Shown: positions 40,550 through 63,475 of the stretch, in pieces
Layout: every line of letters begins with the position of its first letter
Numbering within the stretch: position 1 is the first letter of the stretch
Assembly (NCBI GenBank): GCA_002269645.1
Contig: NIVC01000100.1
Span: 930,001 to 994,000 of the forward strand
DNA length: 64,000 bases
From: Macrostomum lignano
Taxonomy: Eukaryota
Direction of reading: 5' to 3'
Translations under genes and position numbers: made by a program
The notes under the pieces: generated by a model
What the model was told of the DNA's origin: nothing
What the model saw: the letters and a program-made list of their open reading frames with translations, nothing else
Database searches by the model: none

Positions 40550-40705
40550 AGATGTACTCTCACCCCCGCTTCAACTCCGGCCCTCGAATGTACATTCTAC
40601 CCCGCTTCAACTCCTGCCCCCGAATGTACATTCAACCCCCTTTTAACTACTGCCCCCGAATGTACATTCAACCCCCTTACAACTCCTGCCCCCGAATGTA
40701 CACTC
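40550..40705. repeat. About 36-bp minisatellite with GAATGTACA core
   Basis: Direct reading; downstream of the FPGS stop. Confidence 0.75.
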
Positions 40706-41209
40706 AGCGTCTATCGATCCTAAATATTGGTTTCAACTTGACGATATTAAAATTATTGTGCTTTGTGAAAAGTTTGTTGTTCATCGATTTTTTTGCCTCC
40801 TTTGTTTTTTTGTTTTTCTGATTTCTATTTAATATAATTAAATAATGAATGCTTATTTTGTAATTTTTGAACTTGATTATTTTATTCAGCAAATCCTTGA
40901 TATTTTGATACAAGCGTAAAATGTTTGAAAGAAGGTTATGTTTCGTTTAACTATATTTAGATATGGCATTTACTCGCTAAAAACAAAATCATGAAAATTT
41001 ATATTGTTACATTTTGCAACAAATTATAGTTGCTAGCTTTTTGCCAACAATTATTTTTCCTAATATTTTACCTGGATATATCTACTCAAAATACTGTAGT
41101 GTGTTGAAATCATTTCCGTGGATTGTAACTGGTACGCAAGGTAGGAAATTTTATCGTAGCTTTATGAGCTTTCATCATGTTGCTTAAAATATCTAGATAC
41201 TTGCTATTT

Positions 41210-41440
41210 TATGTACACTCGCTCCAGAGCACAACCCCACCACCCCAATGTACACTCGCTCCAGACCGCCACCCCACCACCCCAATGTACACTCGCTCCA
41301 GACCGCAACCCCACCACCCCAATGTACACTCGCTCCAGACCGCAACCCCACCACCCCAGTGTACACTCGCTCCAGAGCACAACCCCACCACCCCAGTGTA
41401 CACTCGCTTCAGACCACCACTCTACCACCCCAGTGTACGC
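41210..41440. repeat. 37-bp minisatellite ATGTACACTCGCTCCAGACCGCAACCCCACCACCCCA
   Basis: Period 37 (41221 to 41258). Confidence 0.85.
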
Positions 41441-43099
41441 TTGGCACACCCAGTTAAATTTAAAATATTCTGCTACCAACTACCAGTTGTAGTTTTCCAT
41501 TCCGAAATCCGTGACTGGTTGATCTATTTATTAATCAATATTCGTCTTATGAATAGCCAAGATGCCTAAAACTATCCAAGCTATTTTGAGCATTTGATCC
41601 CTCAATCGGAGTCTATTATGTTTGCCATTATACTGCAATAAAAAAGTTGTATATTTTTGCCATTGATTCTATGCAAATTAAGATGAGATATCTGACAATA
41701 CAGACTTTATATAGCTTCATCTATATGTACTATAACTGTAGTGTATTGTCTTTGCTTCACTCTTCTTTTGTTTCCCAGCCAGGAAAGAGATAATTTTCGC
41801 GCGCAACAAGTGAAACAATAGCAAGCGACATGTCGACCGTGCAAATCTTCCTTTTCTCGCTGTGTGGCTTTCCATTTTCTAAAAGCTGTCTCTTTTTCCT
41901 CTTTTAGCAGACATTGTAGAGCATTGATCGTGCGCTCGCGTGAGAAGAGGAGAGGCGAAAAATCATTTCTATATTCCTGCTGATGCTGACTGCAACTATT
42001 GCACTTTTAATACGGGATGTTAGAATGATCAGGTGAAACAAATCTTTGATGAAGCAGCCCTCATTAGTGCTAGAAATTCATTCGTCCATGTCAAGTTTAC
42101 TAATCAGATGGCGAAGCATTCGTGCTTAAAGGTGGTACAGGTACATGTATAGCTACTCGCGCCCATCATTTTACTACTATTGACTTCGTTCTTGGCTAGA
42201 CTTGTTTTGTATTTTCCTATAGCATAAAGCTGTGTCTTTCTATCTAACAGCTTCCAGAGCTGCTTTGTACTTTAAAATTTAGTAAAAAAGACGACTACCT
42301 ACACCTTTTCCATTCAATTTCAACAAAATTTAGCTCTGTCTTCGTCAGACACTCGTCCGTATGGCCCTCCGGGTTCAACATCATCATCTGCGTCACCGAT
42401 TTTTTCAATTCTTCATCTCCTGCTTCTGCGAACATCTCGTCGCTCATTCTTCTTATTCGTTAACATGAAGCTTCTGTCTTCTGGAAGCGAACTTCAAGAA
42501 GAGCAGCACTTAATTTACAGAGGGATGTAATAAAGAGCCATACATAGACAGTTTGAAGTATTTTGTTAGCTTGAGAGGGGCTATTGAAGATTTATGCAGT
42601 ACAGTGTACACTAAAAATGTGCGTCAAAAATGTTGTGCTGAAATTGAATGGTAAATCTGCATACCAGATTGTTTTGTTTTGTCCATGGACAGAAATATAA
42701 TATCTAACTGCCGAAATTGAATGGGTTCTCCTTGCCGAATTCGAATGATGGTTGAAGTAGATATAAAATTATGAAATTGAATGCGAGTTTGATTGAAATT
42801 GAGCGGAAAAGGTGTAGTAGGCCTGACCTTTGAGAATGCCGGTAACAATATCAGGATTTGTTTCTACGGATGTGAAGATAACATTAAAAAGAAGCATTGT
42901 ATTTTAAGGCTATAGCTCATTTTTTACTTATCCAGAACTCACCTCAAAATAGCTATTTCAGACGTGAATGAGAAAATTCCTGCTAAATGTACCTGTATGT
43001 GCTATGCTAGTTCTGGGAGTATTGTTTGACTTTGTGTATCATGTTTTGTATGTGTGAAAAAGTACAAAGGACTAGTAAGATTGCCCCCCCCTTTTTGAA

Positions 43100-43840
43100 G
43101 TATTTAGCACGATAGACTAGCACCATTGCCCCACTCTGTAGTATTTATTACAATAGACTAGCACCATTGCCCCCTCTGTAGTATTTAGTACAATAGACTA
43201 GCACCATTGCCCCACTCCGTAGTATTTAGTACAATAGACTAGCACCATTGCCCCACTCCGATAGTATTTAGTACAATAGACTAGCACCATTGCCCCACTC
43301 CGTAGTATTTAGTACAATAGACTAGCACCATTGCCCCACTCCGATAGTATTTAGTACAATAGACTAGCACCATTGCCCCACTCCGTAGTATTTAGTACAA
43401 TAGACTAGCACCATTGCCCCACTCCGATAGTATTTAGTACAATAGACTAGCACCATTGCCCCACTCCGTAGTATTTAGTACAATAGACTAGCACCATTGC
43501 CCCACTCCGATAGTATTTAGTACAATAGACTAGCACCATTGCCCCACTCCGTAGTATTTAGTACAATAGACTAGTACCATTGCCCCACTCCGATAGTATT
43601 TAGTACAATAGACTAGCACCATTGCCCCCTCTGTAGTATTTAGTACAATAGACTAGCACCATTGCCCCCCTCTGTAGTATTTAGTACAATAGACTAGCAC
43701 CATTGCCCCCTCTGTAGTATTTAGTACAATAGACTAGCACCATTGCCCCCTCTGTAGTATTTAGTACAATAGACTAGCACCATTGCCCCCCTCTGCAGTA
43801 TTTAGTACAATAGACTAGCACCATTGCCCCACTCCGTAGG
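43100..43840. repeat. 41/43-bp minisatellite GTAGTATTTAGTACAATAGACTAGCACCATTGCCCCACTCC
   Basis: Direct reading; alternating CCGTAG/CCGATAG variants give an 84-bp dimer. Confidence 0.92.
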
Positions 43841-44143
43841 AGTAAATGTTGGCTAAACACCTATAATGCAGCACTGTTTTATACATGCTGCCATAGATTT
43901 CAAAAGTATTTTTCGAATTAAAGGATGGATGATAAACAAAACTCGTCTAGAAAGGACTGGATTGGCTGAGTTTGAAACAGCCAATGACTGATGCTCCAAG
44001 CAGCTGTACTCTAATGGCAAGGCCGTTCACAGCCTTTTAAAACATTATAACCTCTCAGTTCACCCTCACTGTTCTGTTTGGGAATCATAAACTCTAACGA
44101 GTAATATCCAGCCATCGATTCACTGGCACCTGGCATCGCCATC

Positions 44144-55027
<10,884 letters not shown>

Positions 55028-55149
55028 AAATGTCTCAGTTGTTTTTATATGGATTCATATCAAAATCCATCTCTGTTTCTTGTAATGCATGCATTCTTAA
55101 CCAAGCGGTCCCACTTGCAGTCACACACCGGAGTCTCACCACACAGCCT

Positions 55150-55670
55150 CTCGACCACAGAGACTCTTACCTCAGAATCTCTCATTCCAGAATCTCTCAT
55201 TCCAGAGACTCTCACCTCAAAATCTCTCATTCTAGAGACTCTCACCTCAGAATCTCTCATTACAGAGACTCTCACCTCAGAATCTCTCATTCCAGAGACT
55301 CTCACCTCAGAATCTCTCATTCCAGAGACTCTCACCTCAGAATCTCTCATTCCAGAGACTCTCACCTCAGAATCACTCATTCCAGAGACTCTCACCTCAG
55401 AATCTCTCATTCCAGAGACTCTCATCCCAGAATCTCTCATTCCAGGGACTCTCACCCCAAAATCTCTTTTCCCAGAGACTCTCACCTCAGAATCTCTCAT
55501 TCCAGAGACTCTCACCTCAGAATCTCTCATTTCAGAGACTCTCATCCCAGAATCTCTCATTCCAGGAACTCTCACCTCAGAATCTCTCATTCCAGGGACT
55601 CTCATCCCAAAATCTCTCATTCCAGAGACTCTCACCTAAGAATCTCTCATTCCAGGGACTCTCATCCCAA
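55150..55670. repeat. 30-bp minisatellite CTCACCTCAGAATCTCTCATTCCAGAGACT
   Basis: Direct reading; downstream of the GPCR stop. Confidence 0.92.
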
Positions 55671-56084
55671 AATCTTTTTACCCCTTATTTTGGATTATTT
55701 TTTACACATTTAATTTAATTTCTTTTCTGTCTGTCTGTCTTACTAGACAACCAATTTTAATCAGGTGACGATGGTAAGCTGTACGTATCATAATAATTCA
55801 ATTGTCAAACTGTTAATTGTGGCATTTTGTATTGTCTAACGCTCGTAATGGTAGTTAGCAGTTTGCGATTCTTTCGAAAAAAATCCGTGCGTTGACGTTT
55901 GTCATAAATAAATTTATTAATTAAATTCAAAAATTTTGTGCTTAAGCTCTCAAGGATAACTCCTTGTACTCCAGTTACTCCAGTACAGTGGCGTAGTTAG
56001 TTAAATCTAAATTAAACCAAAGGAACCAAGGCTTGACGAATGAAAGGAGCTCAACTCTTGCCACCTCTCGGATCTGGTTTCCAC

Positions 56085-56415
56085 CGGCACAGGAGACAGG
56101 GGTAGAGGTTCCAGAGACAGGGGTAGAGGTTCCAGAGACAGGGGTAGAGGTTCCAGAGACAGGGGTAGAGGTGCCAGAGACAGGGGTAGGGGTGCCAGAG
56201 ACAGGGGTAGAGGTGCCAGAGACAGGGGTAGGGGTGCCAGAGACAGGGGTAGAGGTGCCAGAGACAGGGGCGCCCACCAAGAGACAGGGACACCCACCAA
56301 GAGACAGGGACACCCACCAAGAGACAGGGACACCCACCAAGAGACAGGGACACCCACCAAGAGACAGGGACACCCACCAAGAGACAGGGGTGCCCACCAA
56401 GAGACAGGGGTGCCC
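56085..56415. repeat. 21-bp GAGACAGGGGTAGAGG(T/G)(T/G)CCA switching to 20-bp GAGACAGGGACACCCACCAA
   Basis: Direct reading. Confidence 0.88.
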
Positions 56416-56526
56416 ACATTAAAATTGTTTAAATTGGCTTGAACTCGTCGCTGCACTACAATCAGTAGGCCAAATTGAATTTTTAAATTGAAATTTTCGT
56501 TTAAACCAAGGACCACTAGAAGTTAC

Positions 56527-56865
56527 CTCCCTCCTCTCCTCTCCCCTCCTCTCCTCTCCTCTCCCCTCCTCTCCTCTCCTCTCCCCTCCTCTCCTCTCCC
56601 CTCCTCTCCTCTCCCCTCCTCTCCTCTCCCCTCCTCTCCTCTCCTCTCCTCTCCTCTCCCCTCCTCTCCTCTCCCCTCCTCTCCTCTCCCTCCTCTTCTC
56701 TCCCCTCCTCTCCTCTCCCCTCCTCTCCTCTCCCCTCCTCTCCTCTCCCCTCCTCTCCTCTCCCCTCCTCTCCTCTCCCCTCCTCTCCTCTCCTCTCCTC
56801 TCCTCTCCCCTCCTCTCCTCTCCCTCCTCTCCTCTCCCCTCCTCTTCTCTCCCCTCCTCTTCTCT
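56527..56865. repeat. Polypyrimidine pentamer array (CCTCT/CCCCT)
   Basis: Direct reading. Confidence 0.9.
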
Positions 56866-57590
56866 CGTCATATCACAGAATATCACAAACCCGAAATATC
56901 ATAAACCCGAAATATCACAAACCCGAAATATCCTAAACCCGAAATAGCATAAACCCGAAATATCATAAACCCGAAATATCATAAACCCGAGATATCAAAC
57001 CCGAAATATCATAAACCCGAAATAGCATAAACACGAAATAGCATAAACACGAAATATCATAAAGCCGAAATATCACAAACCCGAAATATCATGAACCGAA
57101 ATAGCATAAACCCGAAATATCAAACCCGAAATATCATAAACCCGAAATAGAATAAACACGAAATATCATAAACCCGAAATATCATAAACCCGAAATATCA
57201 CAAACCCGAAATATCATAAACCCGAAATAGCATAAACCCGAAATATCAAACCCGAAATATCATAAACCCGAAATAGCATAAGCTCGAAATATCAAACCCG
57301 AAATATCATAAACCCGAAATATCATAAACCCGAAATAGCATAAACCCGAAATATCAAACCCGAAATATCATAAACCCGAAATATCAAACCCGAAATAGCA
57401 CAAACCCGAAATATCATAAACCCGAAATATCATAAACCCGAAATATCATAAACCCGAAATATCATAAACCCGAAATATCACAAACCCGAAATATCATAAA
57501 CCCGAAATATCACAAACCCGAAATATCACAAACCCGAAATATCATAAACCCGAAATATCACAAACCCGAAATATCACAAACCCGAAATTT
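56866..57590 (+). repeat. 16-bp minisatellite AAACCCGAAATATCAT
   Basis: Direct reading. Confidence 0.92.
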
Positions 57591-57609
57591 CACAGAACAG
57601 AGCAGCAGG

Positions 57610-57900
57610 CTGAGGTCGCCGTGGGGCCGGAGGTTCCACTCGAGCCAAGGCTGGCTCGACCAGTTCTTTTGCTGGTCCCGTTGCTCGCCAAAGCCCGCAA
57701 ATCCCCAGGGCCCTGCCATCAGCCGGTGTGTCAGAGGCATCGCGGAGCACTTCATGCTGTGAATGCCCCGCCTTTACTCAGGACAGGCTCACCTACCTCG
57801 GCCCAAACCCGGACCTCTCCGACGTTTTAAGGCCGAGAATCTCTGCCAGCTCGTCCGCTACCTAAGGGCTACCGGCGAGCGACAATCCACCTCCTGGACT
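57610..57900 (+). mobile_element. Degenerate 3' fragment(s) of a related non-LTR element
   Basis: The plus strand encodes, with frameshifts, EHFML/ECPAFTQDRLTYLGPNPDLSDV/ENLCQLVRYLRATG, homologous to QHFVCHCPFFNRDRLRYLGPNP...LIQFLRATR of the 59429-61536 element. 57612-57630 resembles that element's 3' UTR in the opposite orientation. Confidence 0.65.
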
Positions 57901-58455
57901 CCCCGGAGGGGACCGCGCTGCGGACACCGGCGCCACCGGAACTCCCTGCGCGACACCGCAGCATTAGACAACACCGCTGCATGCAGATGCTGGGACCCCC
58001 TGCAGCTCAGTCATGCAAGTCAAGTCAAGGGCCAGATAGATAAAAAATCTAAAGCACATGGCTGCGGGCCGTGAAGAGAAAGAAGACAGCTGAGAAAAGA
58101 CACACGCCTTGAGCAGGCTGGATTGCTATTGTGAAGCTTCAAAGGACCCGGGGGCGGAAAGAGAGGCTTTTAGCCCCCATAGATGGTAGACTGAGGTTGG
58201 AATTGAGGACTTGCAGTGCCCACTCTTATACAATCGAAGCAATGTTTTCAGCGATCACTCGCGCAAATTGCAATGCCCAGGGCTTAAGACAGTAAGTCCT
58301 ACGTTTATGAAGGCATCCAGAAGACGAATGTTTTAAGAGGCCAAACTTAAAGGCTGGAGAAATATTCGCTATGATTGAGTAGTTAGCCATTTTAATTCAT
58401 GTTGAGCCATGGCTTGCAACATGGGCACGCTTCCCATCTTGCTAAACTGGGCACA

Positions 58456-59400
58456 TGTAGTGTGAGCATCTTTTGCGTGTATTTTGTTAGTTAATTGATT
58501 GTATTAGTTTCTATATTGTTAATTATTATTTTGCTTCAATTTAGTCACGCGGTCTAATGTACTTTTTTCTTGTTAGTTAAAATCTAAATTTGTAAACAGT
58601 TTAGAAGTTAGACGCCAATTCTGTGACTCAGCGGAGGGTTGAGTTTTTCTGCGAACCCCAGCTTTGCGCGGCCAGCCAATCAGAACCGGCCTGGACCCTG
58701 GCACGCGGCAAGTTCCAGTTCTACCCGGCGCCGCGGGCACAGTGCAAATCGGCTTAGCGGGCGGCCGGCCAGACGACCACCACCCGGCTTGAGGGGGAGG
58801 GGGTTTTGAGGGTTTGACTCTGACTATATATGAAAGTGTGTTTGGCAATCAGATCTCACTTCTGTTTTTCCGTCCCCGGTTTTGATTTTTGTCCCGGCTT
58901 TCCGGCCGCTTGCCCTTGTTTTGGTTCGCGCTTTGAGGCGCTTGAGTTCATCACCCCCGGTCCATATTTTTGTCCCGCCCGACCGCTTCAGTCTTGTAGT
59001 GTAACGTAGCGTAACTTCTGTCTGAAGTCATCGCTATCAAGCGCGGTTAAATAGAGACTGTCGGATCTGATCAAGTACGCGGCCTCGACCCCGAGGGCCT
59101 CAGTGTCACACTGAAGGGCAGCGCTGATAGAATTTAGTCAGTGCTCCGTTGAACGGTCAATTCGGCAGGGCTCTCGTTCGAGTGTAGGTTTTGGTTTAGG
59201 CCAGGGGTTAGGAGTCTTCTCCGTGGGCCCGTGTGCGGTTTCTTCTTCTTCAGCTGAGATCCGCTTGCCAGTTGCGTAATTAATTAGTTATTAATCGTTA
59301 TTATCATCGGTGTCAATTTTATCTGCGCCGTGAATCGTATTAAGAACCCTGTAACTTTATATAACTTGTCAAATTAAATCGTCAAGTCAATTACTTATTA
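58456..59400 (+). promoter_or_regulatory. GC-rich, LTR-like/promoter-like segment
   Basis: Starts TGTAG; contains TGACTCA (58624-58630), AGCCAATCAG CCAAT box (~58674-58683), CTATATATG (58824-58832) and a TCAGATCTCACTT initiator-like site ~25 nt further. No matching second LTR or TSD identified. Confidence 0.3.
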
Positions 59401-59428
59401 GCTATTCTCATTAGGATTATCACTCTCT

Positions 59429-61536
59429 TTGACTTAGCTGCAGGGTGGTCCGTAGACACAGCGGGGAGGCGAGGGTCGCCCATTCCGCTAGCCCCTGAAG
59501 GCCCGCAGACAGGCAGAGGCGTGGGGCCGGTCAGGGTGGTCCGCCGGTCCGTCCTGCAGCGTGATCTTCCGTTGGGAAGAAACTGGCTCGTCTAGTCGCC
59601 CGAAGGAACTGGATGAGCCGTGGGATGCTGTCGGGCTGGCAAACCTCGTCAATGGACGGGTTCGGCCCGAGGTAGCGTAGCCGGTCTCTGTTAAAGAAAG
59701 GGCAGTGACAGACAAAGTGCTGAGCATCTTCATTGTCGCACTCGCAAAAGGGGCAAATTTCGCTCTCGAGGTCGCCTCGGAGGAAGCAGTGCCTGGCGAG
59801 GTAGCCATGGCCGGTAAGGGTCATGACAAGGGCTCGAATATCCTTCCGATTCTGGTTCAGAAGGATGTTTCTGAGCCTGTGAGACGGGCAAGGAACCGCG
59901 GCACGAGATTGCCGGCAGTTTTGGGTGCCCGCCCATCTGTCCCTGTGGAGGGAGTCAGCCCAGTCGTCGATCTGACGATTGATGACTGTCAAGGGCATAG
60001 GGACCAGGGGGCAGGGCCGAAAAAAGAGCCAGAGCCGCCCCTCTTGGCGAGGGTGTCTGCCAGCTCGTTCCCCGGAAACCCTGCGTGCCCTGGGATCCAC
60101 TTCAGCCTGACAGTATTGCTTCTGGCCAGGAGGTTGAGCTGCCGGGCGCAGTCGGCGACTGTCCGGGAGTTCGTTGTGGTGTGGCAAAGGGCCTGTAAGG
60201 CCGCTTGGCTGTCGGAGTGGATGACAATAGTCTTTCCTCTCGTAACCTTGGCGTTTAGCTCTGCAGCGCAAGAGCTGATGGCAAGGACTTCGTTCTGGAA
60301 GACTGTGGAGAGTCTACCAGTGTGCTGGGCATGCGTGGCAATTACGCGGCCGTTGATGATGATGCAGACCCCAAAGCCGGCGCGACCGTCTTTGATGGAT
60401 CCGTCCGTGTAGCAATGGACCTCCTGGAAATTCCAGTGGTCATTGGCAGCATCCCTAGAGGGGATGGTGACCTTGTAGCGCTGAAAGAGGTTGAGAGTGC
60501 GGGGTTCGCCGTCAGATAGGACGTGGAGCCCGCCGCTGTCTCTCAAGTCCTTGAGGCAGAGGTCAGCGTGGGGCAGAAGCTTGCGCTTAGCCATGGCCCT
60601 ATGGGGCTGGATTCGAATGCCAGCGTCAGCTAGACGGCGGGCAGTCTTAGCCGCTTCCCTGCGGACAAAGATGTCCAGCGGAGGAATGTTGAGGAAGGCG
60701 TTGAGGCCATCGTAAGGAGCAGACGGAGGGGCGCTCATGATCGTGCGACAAGCGCGCCCTTGCGCTCTCCTGAGAGCCTCTAGACAGGTCTTTATCTGCA
60801 GGGCGCTAGCCCAGATCAGGCCGCCATACGAGATAGCGGGCCTAACCATTGCAGTGTAGATCCACCAGAGGCGCTTGGGGGTGAGCCCCCAGGTGGTGCC
60901 GACGGCCCTGCGCAATTGCGCGAGGACTGCGAAGGCCTTTTTGGCTTTTGTTTGAACGTGGGGAGACCAGTTCAGCCTGTGGTCCAGGGTAATACCCAGA
61001 CATTTAGTCTGCTTGCAGAAGGGGATTTCCCTTCCGTAAAGCGTGAGCGGCCGAATCTGCCACTTGGTCCTGCTGGTGAACATGATCGCTGCGGTCTTAG
61101 TCTCAGAGAGCCTTAAACCACAGCGGTCCGCCCATTGCTCAGCAGCGTAGATGAAGTTCTGAAGAAGGTCCCTGAGGGTATCAGGGGACGGACCAGATGC
61201 CACCGCGGTGACATCGTCCGCATATCCAACTTTCAGAATGGGGTCAGGCCGAACATCCCGGAGGAGCTCATCGATGACCATATTCCAGAGAACTGGAGAC
61301 AGCACCCCACCTTGCGGGCTACCTTTGCAGACGGGGACCGTCCTCTGGTAGCCCAGCAGACTGGCGGTGGCCGTGCGATGGCTGATCATGTACATGATCC
61401 ATCTGGTGAGATGTGAGTGCGTTAGCCTCTCACAAAGAGCTCTTCGGAACGCCTCAAAGAGGACGTTATCGAAGGCGCCAATGATGTCCAGGAAGATCCC
61501 CAGAGCAAAGCCACTACCAAGCACGGCCTTCTCGAG
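59429..61536 (-). mobile_element. 5'-truncated non-LTR retrotransposon (RT + RNase H + C-terminal Cys/His knuckle; Loa/Lian-like)
   Basis: RT motifs FLDIIGAFDNV, GSPQGGVLSPVLWN, YADD; RNase H YTDGS, ELA..SDSQAAL, WIPGH.GFPGNELAD; C-terminal CPFC...EDAQHFVCHCP. One frameshift near 60007-60011. Perfect 12-bp TSD TTATCACTCTCT at 59417-59428 and 61537-61548. Confidence 0.93.
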
Positions 61537-62022
61537 TTATCACTCTCTAAATCTATTCGGTTCGTGTTCCATCGCGTTCTTTCTTTTCTTGTACTGTACC
61601 TGCGGCTATTGGAGAAAGACTGGTAGGACTCGCCGACCGGCGATAGGCGATTAGGGCCAATAGCTTTAAAATCTCTGAACGCTCCAAGTAGGTTTGTTTG
61701 TCTAGGGCCTAAATAATTGCTTATCGTGCATGCTATATACATTTATTGTATCTATCAAACACATACAATATTTTCATCAAATAGCTCTATTGTCCAGCTT
61801 CTGTGGCAAGCAGTGAGAGATGAAGAAATGGAGACCAAATTAAAAAGCAGAGCTAGGCAATTCGCAGTCTGCGTGCCACGTAAAGAATTGCATCGAAAGC
61901 GTGCACGCGCGCTTGGTGCGTTTTAGAGAGAGTTGTTTATAAAAGCAGCTGACCCGAAGCAGCGCATTTCTGTTTCAATTAGGAAAGATTAAATTTTATT
62001 CAGGCCTCACAAAACCAAACAC

Positions 62023-62217
62023 ATGAAGATGTAACTTGGCATCGCACTGCTGTTGACCCTGTTCCTGGTGTCCGAACTGGCAGCCAGCAACCAGTGGGAG
62101 CAGCCGGACGAGCCCGACACGCTTGACGCCCTCGCAAGCGTTATCAAACATTGTGAAACACGACTGAAAACTGTTTTTTATTTACAGGCTAACACCATAC
62201 GGACTAATAGCAACTAA
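62023..62217 (+). pseudogene. Small secreted-peptide-like ORF with in-frame TAA at codon 4
   Basis: ATG AAG ATG TAA then LGIALLLTLFLVSELAASNQWEQPDEPDTLDALAS..., a signal-peptide-like h/c region. Acceptor-like TTTTATTCAG ends at 62003; possible short intron ends at TTTACAG 62187. Confidence 0.35.
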
Positions 62218-62549
62218 AGTGCTATTACTAACAATTATAATAAAGTAATTTGTTCACTAAGTTATGTGAACACACGTAGGCAGGGGGGTTACTGTCTTTG
62301 TATTTTGCTTCCATCGCTAACATCAGAGATGGATTCATGTCTCTGGCGCCCTCCCTAAAGTGAATCCTGGCTACACACCTGCACATAGGGAGATCAAAAA
62401 CCGTTCTTTTCTTTCATTGTTAGAAAGTTAAGATAGCTGTGTCAGAGTTCGTCTACTAATGAGTAGAAAGTATAGAATGTGACTCGAAAGATGTCAAAGA
62501 AATGGCGCCCATGACAGAGTGCGGAGTTTTAAAGTATCTAAGTATACGA

Positions 62550-63089
62550 GCGTAGTCTTCGGTGTCGAATACGGAGACTCGTTTGGTAGCCCGGAGAAAC
62601 CGGGTGAGCCGTGGGATGTTCTCGGGCCGGCAAGCGTCGTTCAGGGACGGGTTGGGCCCGAGGTGGTTGAGCCGGTCTCAGTTGAAGGCCGGGCAGTGGC
62701 AGACGAAGTGCTTGGCGTCTTAGTTCTCAAGGTTGCAGAAGGGGCAGAGTTCGCTCAGCGGGCGCTTCGGAGGAAGCAGTGCCTGGCAAAGCAACCGTGA
62801 CCCGTGAAGATCATAGTGAGAGCGCGGATATCTTTTCGATTTGGTTCAAAAGATTTTCTGCAGCTTGGGGACGGGTTGGGCACTGCCGCACGGGATTTTG
62901 GCGGCAGTTGGAAATGCCATCCCATCTGCGCAGGTGCCAGGATGTCCGCCCAGTCGTTAATCTGACGATTAATGACCGTGGCGGGGATGGGGGCCAGAGG
63001 CACGGGGCCAAGGAGCGAGCTGGAGCTACCCGTCTTAGCGAGGGAGTCAGCGAGCTCGTTACCTTTGAAACCAGCGTGTCCTGGGACCC
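62550..63089 (-). mobile_element. Second, diverged fragment of the same non-LTR family (end of RNase H plus C-terminal domain)
   Basis: VPGHAGFKGNELADSLAK..GPVPLAPIPATVINRQINDWAD...NRKDIRALTMIFTGHG..ARHCFLR...IPRLTRFLRATKR; frameshifted and truncated at both ends; abuts a CT-rich array. Confidence 0.85.
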
Positions 63090-63415
63090 TCCTCTTCTCT
63101 CCCCTCTTCTCTCCCCTCCTCTTCTCTCCCCTCCTCTTCTCTCCCCTCTTCTCTCCCCTCCTCTTCTCTCCCTCCTCTTCTCTCCCCTCCTCTTCTCTCC
63201 CCTCTTCTCTCCCATCCTCTTCTCTCTCCTCCTCTCCCTCATCTTCTCTCCCCTCCTCTTCTCTCCCCTCTTCTCCTCTCCCCTCCTCTCCTCTCCCCTC
63301 CTCTCCCCTCCTCTTCTCTCCCCTCCTCTCCTCTCCCCTCCTCTCCTCTCCCCTCCTCTCCTCTCCCCTCTTCTCTCTCCTCTTCTCTCCCCTTCTCTTC
63401 TCTCCCCTCCTCTTC
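63090..63415. repeat. Polypyrimidine pentamer array (CCTCT/CTTCT/CCCCT)
   Basis: Direct reading. Confidence 0.9.
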
Positions 63416-63475
63416 TAAATAGGAAGATTACTTAGAAACGTGTCTGTCTGCTCTGCTCTCTGTGTAAATTCAAGG

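Noticed and set aside
41800-42830. Short coding-like stretches (RRKIISIFLLMLTATIALL; MSDEMFAEAGDEELKK on minus) and a ~30-bp imperfect inverted repeat (42296/42792)
   Set aside because: Interrupted by stops, with no family motif; the inverted match is short and lacks a TSD.
59225-59260. Minus-strand CTGAAGAAGAAGAAAC as a minimal Penelope-type hammerhead
   Set aside because: No room for helix II and no U-H cleavage triplet after the candidate helix III.
59460-59530. HDV-like ribozyme in the LINE 3' UTR (GCGGAATGGG resembles J4/2-P2)
   Set aside because: Could not build P1/P3/L3 with the required lengths; better explained as the simple stem-loop shared with the SINE.
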